Shown one piece after another: positions 34,225 to 47,999 of a stretch of DNA of 64,000 nt (within the stretch, counting starts at the first letter, position 1; each line of letters begins with the position of its first letter). Made by a program: the position numbers and the translations under genes. The stretch comes from Squalus acanthias (Eukaryota): the NCBI GenBank assembly GCA_030390025.1, contig JASTWF010000355.1:372001-436000 (forward strand), read 5' to 3'. The notes beneath the pieces are model-generated. The model was not told where the DNA came from. It made no database searches and was given only the letters and a program-made list of their open reading frames with translations.

Positions 34225-36070
34225 AACAGCTCACTATTTAAAGATCACCCAGGAACGCAAAGATAACCCCAGCTTCTCTTCTCCAACACGAACAGTCTGC
34301 TTGAACCACCCTCGCCGGCCTCCTCCACCCTCACCGGCAACATTAAGTGCGAGGAGCTCACGAAGATCGAGACCATCCGTTCTGCTGCCTCTGCCAATTC
34401 CCTCCCTTCCCCTAGCTCATCAGGAGAAACATGTATATATGTTCCCCTCTCTGAACTCATGTCTTTCACCAGATTCCAGCCAATCTCCTGCACTGCTCTC
34501 TCCGACCTGATCTTGTTCATGAGACCCACCTGCTGCTCCCTCGATCCTATTCGGACCAAAATGTAGACCAGTTAATTTCCCTTCCTGGGCCCGATGTCAG
34601 CTGATACTGTTAACAGATCCCTCTGCTCAGATTTTGCCCCCTTCAAATCTGCTGCCATCGCCCGTCCCCTAAGTAAAACACACTTGACCGCTGCGTCCTT
34701 GAAAATAATGCCCCATCTCCAACCTCACTTTCCTCTCCAAAGTCCTTGGGCGTGTTGTCGCCACCCATATCCGCGCCCATTTTTCCTGCTATTCCATGTT
34801 TGAATCCCTCCAAACAGGTTCCTGGGACGGCCATTGAGAAATTCACAAATGACATTCATTGTGACTGGCCATTGAAAACTATCCCTTCTTATCTTTCTCG
34901 ACCTATCTGCAGCCTTTGAAACAGTTGACCGCAATAACCTCATCCAACGCATCTCGTCCGTCATCCAACTGGGTGGGACTGAACTCGCCTGGTTCCATTA
35001 TTATCTATCTCTCCACTACCGCATCGTTGCCACTGGAGTCCCACAAGGATCTATCCTTGGCCTTCTCCTAATTGTCATCCAATGGCTGCCCCCCGGCCAC
35101 ATCATTCGAAAGCTCAACGTCAGGTTCAACAGGTAGGACACGCAAGTCTACCTGACCAGCAACACTTTGCACCCGTCCTCTGTCTCTGAATTGTCACACT
35201 GCTTGTCCGACATCCAATATTGTGTAATCAGAAATGTCCTCAACTAAATATCGAGAAAAACTTAGGGCCATTGTGTTTGGTCCTCGCAAGAATCTCCTTT
35301 CCCTGACCACCGGTTACATCCCTGGCAACTGTATTAAACTCAGCAAGACCGTTGGCAACCTTGGTGTCGTGTTTGACCCCGAGATGAGTTTCCGAACACA
35401 TATCGGCTCCAGCACCAAGACTACCGACTTCCACCTCCATAACATCGCTCGACTCTGAACCTGCCTCAACTTATCTGCTGCTGAAAACCTCACCCTTGCC
35501 TATGTTACTCTAGACTTCTCTATTGCAATGCTCTCCTGGCCGGCCTCCCAAATTCCACCCTATATCTTGGTCAACTCCAAAACTCTGCTGTCCGTCTCTG
35601 AACTCTCTGGAAATCTCGTTCACCCATCACCGCTGTGCTTGATGACCTTCACTGTCTCCATGTCCGGAAAAGCCTCAAATTTAAATTCCTCATCCTTATT
35701 TTCAAATCCCTCTTGCGGTCTCGCCTCCCTATCTCTGTCGCCTCCTCCAGCCCACATGCTTTTGAGATCTCTGCACTCTGCCAATTCTGGCATAATGCTC
35801 ATCCATGATTTGAATCGTTCCATCAGTGGCTACCGTGCCTTCAGCTGCCTTGGATCTAAGCTCTGGCATTCCCTCCCTGAACCTCTCCGCCTCTCTCTCT
35901 TCTTTTAAGATGTGCATTATAACCTACATCTTTGATCAAGCTTTTCTTCAGCCGTCCTGATAACCCCTTCTGTGATTCGGTGTGAAAAATGTCTCTTATT
36001 GATATCGCTCTTGTTATGCACCTGGGGGCGTTCCACTACACTAAATGCGTTATATCAATTTAAGTTGCGC
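34225..36070 (+). mobile_element. Degraded L2 LINE 3' part
   Basis: FLDLSAAFETVD, GVPQGSILG and NLGVVFDPEMSF motifs; L2-type tail. Confidence 0.85.
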
Positions 36071-36409
36071 TTATAAAGTTCACCTGCACTTAACTGCCCA
36101 GTCTGCAAGTTGTCTGATGTATAATGTGGGATGTTTTTTAGGGAAATATTTCTTCATTTCTTGAAACAACACATCAGTTAAAAAAAACCAAAGAACAATT
36201 AATAAAGGCATTCATCTCCAAGTGAAGTTTTTATTGGAATATCCTAAGAAAATGTGCAGGTTTATTGCAGAGTAATAATCTTTGCTTGTCACTTTGTGCT
36301 GCTGCTTTTCGAAGAAGTTACTTACTTTATCTAAAGAAACCATTGTTCTCTTTGCTTCAACCTCTTTCTGTGCCTTTCAGTATCTAGTTGTGCGTCTAAC
36401 ATTCTCGAC

Positions 36410-39400
36410 TCCTCATCAACCCACCTAACATACCCTGCTTCTTCACACCTTTTCTAAAATCCTCAGCTCCTCCCCACCCCACCTAATATCCTTGCTCCTC
36501 CCAAACCGACCGAATATCCTCAGCTCCTCCCTACCCACCTAATATCCTCAGCTCCGTCCCACCCCATTTAATATCCTCAGCTCCGCCCCACCACACCTAA
36601 TATCCTCAGTTCTTCCCCCCGCACCTAATATCCTCATCACGTCCCCACCCCACCTAATATCATCACCTCCTCCCTAGCCCATCTAATATCCTCAGATCCT
36701 ACCGACCTCAAGTAATGTCCTCAGCTCCTTCCCACTCCACCAAATATCCTCAACTCCACCCCATCCCATCTAACATCCTGATCTCCTCCCCACTCAAAAA
36801 TATCATCATCTCCTCCCCACACCACCTAATGTGTTCAGCTCCTCCCAACCCAACAAACATCCTGATCTCCTCTCTACCCCACCAAATATCATCAGCTGCT
36901 CCCCACCACAAATAATCTCCTCAGCTCCTTCCCACATCACCAAATATCCTCAACACCTCCCCACCCCACCTAACATCCTGAACTCCTCTCCACCCCACCT
37001 AACATCCTCAACACCTCCCCACCCCAACTAACATCCTGATCTCCTTCCCACCCCACCTAACATCCTGAACTCCTCTCCACCCCACCTAACATCCTGAACT
37101 CCTCTCCACCCCACCTAACATCCTCAACTCCTCCCCACCCCAACTAACATCCTGATCTCCTTCCCACCCCAGCAAGCATCCTCAACATCTTCCAACCCGA
37201 CCTAACATCCTGAACTCCTCCCCACCCCACCTAATAACCTCAGCTCATCCCCAAAGCACCTAACATTCTGAACTCCTCCCCACCCCACCTAATATCCTCA
37301 GCTCCTCCCTACCCCAACTAACATCCTGATCTCCTCTACACCCCACCAAATATCCTCAGCTCCTCCCCACCCCACCAAATATCCTCAACACCTCCCCACC
37401 CCACCTAACATCCTGAACTCCTCTCCACCCCACCTAACATCCTCAACTCCTCCCCACCCCAAATAACATCCTGATCTCCTTCCCACCCCAGCAAGCATCC
37501 TCAACATCTTCCAACCCGACCTAACATCCTGAACTCCTCCCCACCCCACCTAATAACCTCAGCTCATCCCCAAAGCACCTAACATTCTGAACTCCTCCCC
37601 ACCCCACCTAATATCCTCAGCTCCTCCCTAACCCAACTAACATCCTGATCTCCTCTACACCCCACCAAATATCCTCAGCTCCTCCCCACCCCACCTAATA
37701 TCCTCAGCTCCTCCCCACCCCACCTAATATCCTCAGCTCCTCCCCACCACAACTAATACCATCAGCTCCTCCCCACCCCAGCTAATATCCTCAGCTCCTC
37801 CCCACCCCACCTAATATCCTCAGCTCATTCCCACCCCAACTAATACCTTCAGCTCCTCCCCACCACAGCTAATATCCTCAGCTCCTCCCCACCCCACCTA
37901 ATATCCTCAGCTCCTCCCCACCACAACTAATACCATCAGCTCCTCCCCACCCCAGCTAATATCCTCAGCTCCTCCCCACCCCACCTAATATCCTCAGCTC
38001 ATTCCCACCCCAACTAATACCTTCAGCTCCTCCCCACCACAGCTAATATCCTCAGCTCCTCCCCAGCCCACCTAATATCCTCAGGTCCGCCCCACCCCAC
38101 CTAATATCCTCAGCTCCTCCCCACTACACCTAACATCCTGAACTCCACCACAGCCCTCCAAACATCCTCACGTCCTCCACAGTCCACCCAATTTCGTCAG
38201 CTACTCTCCACCCCACCTAATGTTTTGAGTTCCTCTCCACACCACCTAAGATCGTCAGCAAATCCCCAACACACCTAATATCCTAAGCACCTCCCCTGCC
38301 CAACTAATATCTCACCTCCTTCACAATCCAAATAATATCCTCAACTCCACGCCACCCGACCTATCATCCTGAACCCCTCTCCAACTCACCAAATGTCCTC
38401 AACTCCTTCTACCCTAATGTCCTCAGCTCCTTCCCACACCACGAAACATCCTTAACTCCTCCCACCCTACCGAACATCCTGATCTCCTCTCCACCCCACC
38501 AAATGTCCTCAACTCCTTCTACCCTACCTAACATCCTGAAATCCTCCCCACCCCACCGAATGCCCTCAGCTCCTCATCAACCCAATAATATCCTCGGTTG
38601 CACCCAACCAAACATAATATCCTCAGCTCCTCCCCACCCCACCTAATATCCTCAGCTCTTCCCCACACCACGTACTATCCTCAGCTCCTCCCCACCTCAC
38701 GTAATATCCCGAGCTCCTCCCCAACCTACCTAATATCCTCACCAAAACACCACCCCACCTTGTATCCTCAGTTCCTCCCAGACCCACCTAACATCCTCAG
38801 CTCCTTCCCACTCCAACTAATATCCTCAGCTCCTCCCCACCCCACCAAATATTCTCAGCTCCTCCCCACTCCACCAATATCGTCAGCTCCTCGCCACCCC
38901 ACCCAATAACCTCAGCTGCACCCCACCCCACCTAATGTCCACAGCTCCTCCCCACCCCGGCTAATATCCTCAGCTCCTCCACACCCCAACTAATATCCTC
39001 AACTCCTCCACACCCCAACTAATATCCTCAGCTCCACCCCACCCCACCTAATATCCTCAGCTCCTCCCCACCCCACCTAATATCCTCAGCTCCTCCACAC
39101 CCCACCTAATATCCTCAGCTCCTCTCCACTCCACCTAATATCCTCAGCTCCACCCCACACCACATAATATCCTCAGCTCCTCCCCACCCCACCTAATATC
39201 CTCAGCGCCTCCCCACCCCACCTAATATACTCAGCTCCTCACCACACCACCTAATATTCGCAGCTCCTCCCCACCCCACCAATATTCTCAGTTCCTCTCT
39301 ACCACATCTAATGTCGTCAGCTCCTCCCCACCAACTGATATCCTCACCCCCTCTGCTGCCCACCCAATATCCTCAGCTCCTCCACACTCCACCGATCATC

Positions 39401-40350
39401 CTGAACTCCTCTCCACTCCATTTAATATCCCCAGCTCTTCCCCACCCCACGTAATATCCTCACCAAATCCCCACAGCAACTAATACCCTCAGCTCCTCCA
39501 CACCCAACATAATGTCTTCATCTCCTCCCAACCACACCTCATAACCTTATATCTTCACACTCCATCTATTATCCTGTGCATCTCCCCACCCCAGTTAATA
39601 TCCTCAGCTCCTCCCCACCGAAACCTATGTCCTCAGCTCCTTCCCACCCCTCCAAATATCCTCAACTCCCCCCACCCCACATAACATCCCGAACTCCTCC
39701 CCAGCCCATCCCACCTAATGTCCTCAGCTACTTATCAACCCATTGCTGTCCCCAGTTTCTCCCCACGAAACCGTATATCCTCAGCTTTACCCCGCCCAAC
39801 CTAATATCCGCAGCTCTTCCCTACCCCCACAATATTCCTCAGCACCTCCCCATCCCACCTAATATACACAACAAACCCCCATCCCACCTGATATCCTCAG
39901 ATTCTCCCCACCCCACATAATATCCTCACCAAATCCACACACCATCTAATATCGTCAGCTCCACCCCACCCCACCTATTATCCTCAGCTCCTGCCCACCC
40001 CACCTATAATCCTCAGCACCTCCCCAACACAACTGATATCCTCAGCTCCTCCCAACACAACTAATATCCTCAGCACCTCCCCAGTCCCCAACTAATATCC
40101 TCAGCTCCTCCCCAGTCCCCACCTAATATACTCAGCTCCTCCACACCCCACCTAATATCCTCAATATCTCCCCAACCCATCTAATATCCTCAGTTGCTCC
40201 CCACCTCACCTGGTATCTTGATCTCCTCCCAACCACACCTAATAACCTTAGCTCTTCTCACTCCATGTAATATCCTGTGCTCTCCCCATCCCATTTAATA
40301 TACTCAGGCCCTCACCATCACACCTAATATATTCAGCCTTTCCCCATCCA
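36410..40350. repeat. 29-bp C-rich minisatellite, about 135 copies
   Basis: Unit tcctcagctcctccccaccccacctaata with 29-nt periodicity; internal block duplications of 319 and 174 bp. Confidence 0.96.
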
Positions 40351-40514
40351 TACTATTATCTTCAGCTCGTCCACACACTTTGTTGTGCACCGTGCATGTC
40401 AACGTGTATGCAGTCGAAGAAAGAGCGACAATGCGTCCCCTGGTGGTTTAAGCTACATGGTGCATGTGTCCCAGGCCCAACCATCTTCAGCTGCTTCATC
40501 AATGACCTTCCCTC

Positions 40515-41431
40515 TGTAGATCTTAATGATTTCTGAGTTCTTGAACAAGACACCAATAGGCAGCAGCCAGTATGGTTGAGCAACAGATCAAGATTTATTA
40601 AGCTTACAGAGTCATTAATACTTAGTATTTGGCGATAGTTTTAACCAGTAGCTCGCAGTCTCTGGAACTTCTCGGACACAGATGACGTCGTCGTAAGTCT
40701 GTTCCTTTGTTCTCGAAGTACGTCAGTGTAAAGTTGTTCTTTGAATATCGAGGTTTTAACCGTTTTCTTCTGAAAAGTTGGTTTGGCCAGTGTCCTTATA
40801 TGGTCTTTAACAATATCACCTACTTTAAGTGGTTCTAATGGTCAAAACACCATTGTCACTCAGACTAAGGGTAGCATCTTGTTCACTCTTTTTCAGTACT
40901 TTTCCACAACTCTATCCTGCTGTATTGTTATCTTGATTGTAGTTCTTCACCCCGTTGGAATTTACCTTTTTTCTTTCATTTCCAGCTTCAAGCCATACAA
41001 GGCCTTTCTACATCAAGCGCCCAGCCCATGTCAGCGCTGTTTCACTAGTCTTGATGGTGTCCAGATTATCTCACTTCAATTTACCATATGGATACCTTAA
41101 CTTCCATGATCTCTCTCATTTTATGTCCGTATTCTATTTTTTTCTATATCTTTGCAATTAGTTTTGGTAAGCGAATTCTAATTTCTACTTAGCATCATAA
41201 TATGATTTCTTTTTAGCAATTTAACCTTCACTCGCAATCTGTGGCTGTTTGTTTAACAAAACTTAGTCAAAGCTGCTTTTGATTGTCTGCAGCTGCATTT
41301 TGAACAAGTCTTGGCTTTTTAGTTACCCAGGAGTAATTATGGGTAATATTATTTGGTCAATGGCTACACTTGATGTTATATATTTATGATTCTCGTCTTC
41401 TAAATATCTTTAAATATCAGCCTTTCCTGCA
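40515..41431 (-). mobile_element. 917-bp solo LTR with 4-bp TSD, inserted in a LINE RT fragment (40470-41485)
   Basis: TGTAG...CTGCA ends; CCTC at 40511-40514 and 41432-41435; the flanks rejoin as GPTIFSCFINDLPS/NIRSAIGMFADDC. Confidence 0.85.
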
Positions 41432-41489
41432 CCTCCAACATAAGGTCAGCAATCGGGATGTTCGCTGATGACTGCACTGTATTCACTTT

Positions 41490-42760
41490 TCTCTCACCAA
41501 ACACCATGACTTTTTTGTCACCTCCCAATTCCGTTTCAATTATGCCAGGAACTCCATGTTTGAATTTTCCAATCGGATTTCTGCCCCTGCCATAGCAGTG
41601 AATGAGCCATGGCTACAGCTAACATCCCCTTTGACCGTGTTTCTCTCGTCCTCCTCCACCTGTCTGCGGCCTTTGACGCAGTCAACCACACCTTCCTCCT
41701 CCAACGCCTCTCCCTCAGTGTCCTGTCCAGTTGGCCTGCTCTCGACTGGATCCACTCACACCTATCAAATCAATGCCAGAGCATTTCCAGCAACGGCTTA
41801 TTTTCCTGCCCAGCAGATTTTGGTCCAGATTCTCCCACAGATCAATCCTCGGCTCTCTCGGCTTCCTCTTCTACATGCTGCCCTTTGGCAACATCGTCTG
41901 GAGACAAGTTTTCTTCTTCTACAAGTACGCTGACGAGACCCATCTCTGCGTCTCCACCAACTCTCTCGATCTCTCCACTGCCGCTGGGCTGTCAGATTAT
42001 CGAAGTATTTTACAGTAATGGATAAACCGCAAATTCTACGTTAATCATTGGGGAATCCGAGACCATCCTCTTCTCCCCTTGTCCCAAACACTGTGCACTG
42101 GCCCCTGAGGCAACTTCCATTGTCCTACCTCTGTCTGTGGTTGAACCTGGATGTTCACAGTTTCGAGTTCTATTGCAGTTCCAGGCGAGCCTGTGACAGT
42201 ATAACGTTTCAATCACCTCCTCCTCTGCAGCATTGCCCTGCTGCCCCCCGGTCTCAGCCCAACTGCTGCTGAACCCTCTTCTGTGCCTTTTCCACCTTCA
42301 TTCCCTGCTATTCCAAAGCTCTCATGGCTGGCCTTCCACATGCGCTGCAAACCTGAACACATTCAAACCTCTGTTGTCCTTTTCCAAAATCCCGCTAACG
42401 CAATTTTGCTGTCACGCTACAACTCCAATTTAAAATGTCCATCATGGCCTTGCTGCTCCCTGTGTCTGTCACCTCCTCCAGCCCTAAGACCCAACCACCA
42501 AATCTCTATCCCTTATCCATGCTCCACTACCGCCCTCGTATTGTTCACCCTGACTGCAGCCGCCCACGCCCCATGCTCTGTATTTCCCTCCCTAAACCTT
42601 TCGCCTGTCCATCTTCTTCTCCTCCTTTGAGATCCTCCCTAAAACCCGGCCCTCCAGCAAAATGTTCAGTCGCCCCGCCGAATGTTTACTTTTAGTTTTG
42701 GAGCAGCTTCCGCTTCTGTTCGATGACGCCTCTGTGATTTGCATTATGACGTCATGTTAC
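41490..42760 (+). mobile_element. Degraded L2 fragment
   Basis: LVLLHLSAAFDAVNHTFLLQRL and YADETHL. Confidence 0.8.
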
Positions 42761-43429
42761 TGCAAATCACGATATTAATCTCAGTTTTGATCTTGAAAAA
42801 CAATCTCCTCTTCGCATTTTTCCCCCAAAGATTATTTTTCAAAATAAACGGTCAATGATTGTTCCCAGAGATTGAAATATTTTCAACATACTAACGAACC
42901 TTACACCTTCTGTCTCCCCCTCAAGCAAAGTTATTTTTATAATTTTAACTGTGAGCGATAGTGTAAACATTGCGATTTCTAATTAGATGTCCCTTTTATA
43001 TCGCGCCCAATCCTCGACATCATTGACTTCGGGAGTGGTGGACAAGGGCGGCTGATTCGATTTCGTCCATGTGCACAATGGTTCATACTTGAAATGTAGC
43101 CCTTTGTGTGGATCCAGCAGTCAGCAGCCTTGCAACAACGAGATACGTAGTCTGTGGCCAAATCTGATCTCTGATTCAGAAAGTGAGAGGACCAATCACA
43201 GGGCATCAAACGGAAACAAGAGCTGACCTCCATGTCGACGTTTAGTCATCATTCACCTGGCTGGATCCCATTAAGACATATAGGGCCTCGGTGTCCTCTG
43301 TCACAATTGCCTATTACAACAGGATCATTCTGCGGTGCAAAGATAATGCCTGGCTTATTTTCACCACCGGGAAATATCTGCTGATTCACTTCCCCTTTAT
43401 ATTTCCATCATCACTTCTAACAGCAAGTG

Positions 43430-44705
43430 TGAGGAGTGCACAGGCATATCTCTGAAAGTGACAGAACAATTTGTAAAAGCTGAAAAAAAAGCCTCTGAAA
43501 CAGTAGGATTTGTAAACAGGGCGATAGTTTGCAAGGCAAAGAAGAAACGGGTCAAATGTGTCAAATGGATTTCAATAATGGCGAGTGTGAGGACATCAAC
43601 TCTAGAGCTTGATAGGAAAGAACAGGATATTTTCTAAATGGAAAAATCTAAAAACAGTGGAGGTCCAAAGAGATTTCGGGGTCCATGTACACAGATCACT
43701 AAAATGTCATGGACAGGTACAGAAGATATTCAAAAATGCTAATGGAATGTTAGCCTTTATATCCAGTTTGCTGGAAATCAATGTGTTAGAAATCATGCTA
43801 CAGCTGTACAAAGCCCTGGTTAGACCACACCTGGAGCACTGGGAGTAGTTCTGGGCACCACACCTTAGGTAGGAGATATCGGCCTGAAGGGAGTGAGTGC
43901 AGATTTACTAGAATCATACCGTAACAGCAATTGTTCCAGTACCAGGAGAGATTACACAAGCTAGGGTGGCATTCCCTGGGATTTAGCAGATTACGAGTTT
44001 ATTTGATAGAAGTTTTCAAAATATTAAATGGAACAGAAAGGGCACAGAGAGAGAAAGTATATCCACTTGTTGAGGATTCTAGGACTGGGGGCCATAGTCT
44101 AACTATTATAGCCGGAGCTTTCAGTAGTGAAGTTAGGATACACTTCTACACACAAAGGATAGTAGAGTTTTGAAACTCTCAACCAGAAATTGCAGTTAAT
44201 TCTGGGTCAATTGTTAATTTTACACATGAGATTGATATATTTCTGTGAACCAAATGTCTCAAGAGACACGGGACAAAAGTGTGGATATGAAGTTAATTCA
44301 CAGAACGGCCATAATCTCATTGAATGGCGGATCAGTCTCGAGGGGCTCAATGGGATGCTGCTGTTCCTATGTTCCTGTGAGAGACGTGGAGCCGATGTTT
44401 CCACTTGAGGGCGAGACCAGAATTAGGGGCCACACATATAAGAGAGTCATTATTAAATCCAACAGGGAATTCAGGAGCAAGGTCTTTACACAGAGAATTG
44501 TTACAATGTGAAAATCCTTACCCCGGGGAGTAGTTGAGGCGAATAGCCTAGATGGCGGCAATTGGAAACTATGAATGTACAGGAAGGAGAAAGGAATCGA
44601 CACGCATGTCGATGGGGTGTGATAAAGAGGGCTGGGAGTTCGCTCGTCTGGGGCATAAATACCACATGGACCCGTTGAGTCGAATGTCCTGTTTCTGTGC
44701 TGCAA
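43430..44705 (+). mobile_element. Adjacent degraded CR1 3' fragments
   Basis: [25 protein letters not shown] and FYTQRIV motifs. Confidence 0.8.
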
Positions 44706-44743
44706 ATACTTTTTTACTACTGTGTAATACCTTGTAGTTTCCA

Positions 44744-45093
44744 CCCCTCAAACTCTGGAACCATCCAATCAATTCCACCGATACCAGCTGTCTGAAAGAG
44801 CTTCCGTCCCTCAATCCCTGGAACCATCCAATCAATTCCATCAGTACCAGCTGTCTGAAAGAGCTTCCGTCCCTCAATCCCTGGAACCATTTAATCAATT
44901 CCATCAGTACCAGCTGTCTGAAAGAGCTTCCGTCCCTCAATCCCTGGAAACATTCAATCAATTCCATCAGTACCAGCTATCTGAAAGAGCTTCCGTCCCT
45001 CAATCCCTGGAACCATTTAATCAATTCCATCAGTACCAGCTGTCTGAAAGAGCTTCCGCCCATCAGTCCCTGGAACCATCCAATCAATTCCAT
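44744..45093. repeat. 63-bp tandem repeat, about 5.5 copies, directly 5' of an old CR1
   Basis: Unit ccctcaatccctggaaccatccaatcaattccatcagtaccagctgtctgaaagagcttccgt; 21-aa periodicity in the ORF track. Confidence 0.93.
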
Positions 45094-47875
45094 CGGAGTG
45101 GAAACGCAGCAGCCGAGGATTCCAAGAGAAGCAGCTAAGTTAAGTAACTCGATATCCTGTATTATTTTATTTGTGTTTATTATCTCATTAGTTCTGGTTA
45201 AGCTTGGGTAAATAACGTAATCTTTCTTTTTCTTCGGTTTGAGGAGCGAATGGAACAACGGCAGTGCAGTTAAGACCTACTTAACAGCAATTATATAAAT
45301 AATCGCTATATATCTAAGGAGTTTACTTTAAGTTTATTATTATAATGCAAGGACAGCTGATACCCGTTGCCTGCAATTCCTCCGCCATGTGGGAACTTCA
45401 GGCTGATTCCTGTATCCCGGAGGCCAATGTTTGCAGGAAGTGCCTCCAGCTGCTTGAATTTACGCTGATGGTTTCTGAGCTTGAGGGGCAGCTGGATTTA
45501 ATGCATATGGTTGGCTGAATGTTTCCAAGATCGCATTTTCCAGGAGGTGGTAAGAGGAGGCAGGCCTTGCAGGAATCCTTCAGCAGTGTGGAACTCTCAA
45601 ACCGATTCTCAGCATCGAATACCAGTGAGGGTGACGAAACCGCAAAGGTGTGCAGTCCTGAGACTGGAACCTTGATGCAAACGATTGCACAGTGGGCTAC
45701 AGCAGAATGTTGGAATGCAGCAGTAATATTGCGCAAGAGGGAGGACTTTAGATTCCTGGGACATTTGGACCAGTTCTGTGGCAGGAGGAACCTGTTCAAG
45801 ACGGACGTGTTACACCTGAAGAGATCCGGTACCAATATCCTGCGGGCAGGTTAACCAGTGCTGTGTGGTGGATTTACAGGAATTCGGCAGGGGGTTGGGC
45901 AACAAGCTGTCATATTAAAAAGTAGAAAGAAGGTGCACAGATGACTGGGAGAGAAAATTGGAATTAGAACAATTTACAGAATTAGGTGGGACCATAGAAA
46001 ATACAAAGATGTCTGAGGTAGGTTTGGCGTGCTTGTGTGTAAAAGCAAAGTGTGGTTAGTTAGGGTGGTGAGCTGCAGGCGCAAATAGCCAGTTGGGAAT
46101 ATGAGGCAATGGCGATAACTGAGACCTGGATCAACAATGGGAGGATTGGATGTTTAATATTCCCGGGTACAGTTAATAATTAAAGATAGTGAAATAAAAA
46201 AGGGAGAGATCGTATTTATGAATAAGGAGCACATTCCAGTGCTAGAAAGAGAGACTGTCCTTGAGGGATCAAAGACAGAATCTATTTGGTTGGAGATGAG
46301 AAACAATAGAGGAGCTAATACGTATTTTACTGTATTTTATGGGCCAAAAAGTGGGATGCATATCGAGGAGCAGATTTGCAGAGAAATTATTGAGTGGTGC
46401 ATGAACTACAGCATAGCGTTATTGTGAGACATTAAATACCCCAATATTGAATGGGGTAGTGATTGTATTAAGGGCAGAAAGGGGGAGGAATTTCTGAAGT
46501 GTGTCCAGTGGAACTTTCTTAATCAGTATGTTTCCAGCACAACGAGGAAGGAGACATTGCTGAATCCAGTCCTGGGGAATGAAACAGTTGGGGAGCATCT
46601 TGGAAATAGTGATAATAGTATCAAAAGGTTTTGTGTAGCTATGGAGAAGGACAAGGATCAATCTACAATGAAAATACTTCAATGGTGGAGCGCCAATTCA
46701 AGCGAATTGGGGAAGGATCTGTCCCGGTTAACTTGGTGTCAAGGTCTAGGACACAGTAATGTATTGGAGCAGTGGGCGGACTGTAAATAGTTGATGGTTC
46801 GGGTATTGTCCAGGTAAATTCGCACAAGGGAGAAAGGAAGGGCAAACAATAGAGAGCTCCTTGGATGACGAAAGATTTGGAGTGTAGGATGAAGCAGAAT
46901 AAGGGGCGTATATGACAGATGTCAGCTTGATAATGCAAATGAGAATCTGGCTGAATATAGAAAGTTCAGAGGAAAAGTGAAAAAAGGAATAAAGGGACAA
47001 AGCGACAGTACGAGAATAGATTGGCGACTAACATAAAGTGGAATCCAAAGTTCTTGTATCGGCATATCAACAGTGAAAGGGTCGTCAGTGGAGCGGTGGG
47101 GCCGAGTACAGACGGAAATGGAGATCTATTGCTGATGACTGAAGGCTGAGGTAGTAAATGCAAACTTTGTGTCGCTGATTTCCACGGGAAGACGACTTTG
47201 CCGAAGTTATGGTAAACGAGGAGTTTTCTGGGATACTGGGTATGATAAAAAATAGATAACGAGGAGGCACTTGAAATGCTGGTTGTAATTAAAGTGGCTA
47301 AGTCAACCGGTCCAGATGGGATGCAACCTATAATTTTTTGGAAGTAAGTATCGAAATTGTGGATGTACTGGTCACAATATTCCAAGTCTCCTTAAATACA
47401 GAGGTGGTGCTCAGGACGGCAGGATTGTCAACTTTACAAGCGTGTTCAAAAAAGCATAGCAGGAAAAACCTGGCATTTATAAACCAGTCAGTTTAATGTC
47501 GGCGGTGGGGAAGCTTTTAAAAACAATAAGCCGGGTGAAAATTAACAGATAAATGGAAAAGTCTGGACTATTAAAGCAGAGCCAGCGCAGATTTGTTAGG
47601 GCAAACAATGTCTGCCTAACATGATTGAGTTTGTTGTTCAGTTAAGAGAGAGGGTGGATGAGGGCACTGCAGTTGGTGTTGTGTATATCGACTTTCAAAA
47701 GGCGTTTGATGAAGTACCACATATGAGGCTTGTTAGCAAATTTGAATCCCATTTGATAAAAGTGGCAGTAGCAGCATATATATAAAATTGGCTTACAGAT
47801 AGAAACAGAGAGGTGAGGTGAGATGCTGTCTTTTGGACTGGTGGAAGGTATACCGTGGTGTTCCCCCGGGTTGCG
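45094..47875 (+). mobile_element. Old CR1 retaining its 5' region (ORF1 zinc finger from ATG ~45345, esterase remnant, APE, RT to a GVP-like motif)
   Basis: MQGQLIPVACNSSAMWELQ...CRKCLQL; TESIWLEMRN; YIDFQKAFDEVP. Confidence 0.85.
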
Positions 47876-47999
47876 TACAAAGACCTGAAGGAGAATAATT
47901 GTAAGGATATGGGGAATGAATGAGGGAGTGGGAATAACTGGATGGATCATCAAACGTGTAGACGTGGACTCCAGGGGCCGAATGTCCTCTATCTGTAAG

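Noticed and set aside
36715..39920. Proline-rich extensin-like ORFs
   Set aside because: The 29-bp unit is not a multiple of three and contains frequent stops.
44569..44967. 21-aa repeat protein
   Set aside because: Translation of the 63-bp tandem repeat.
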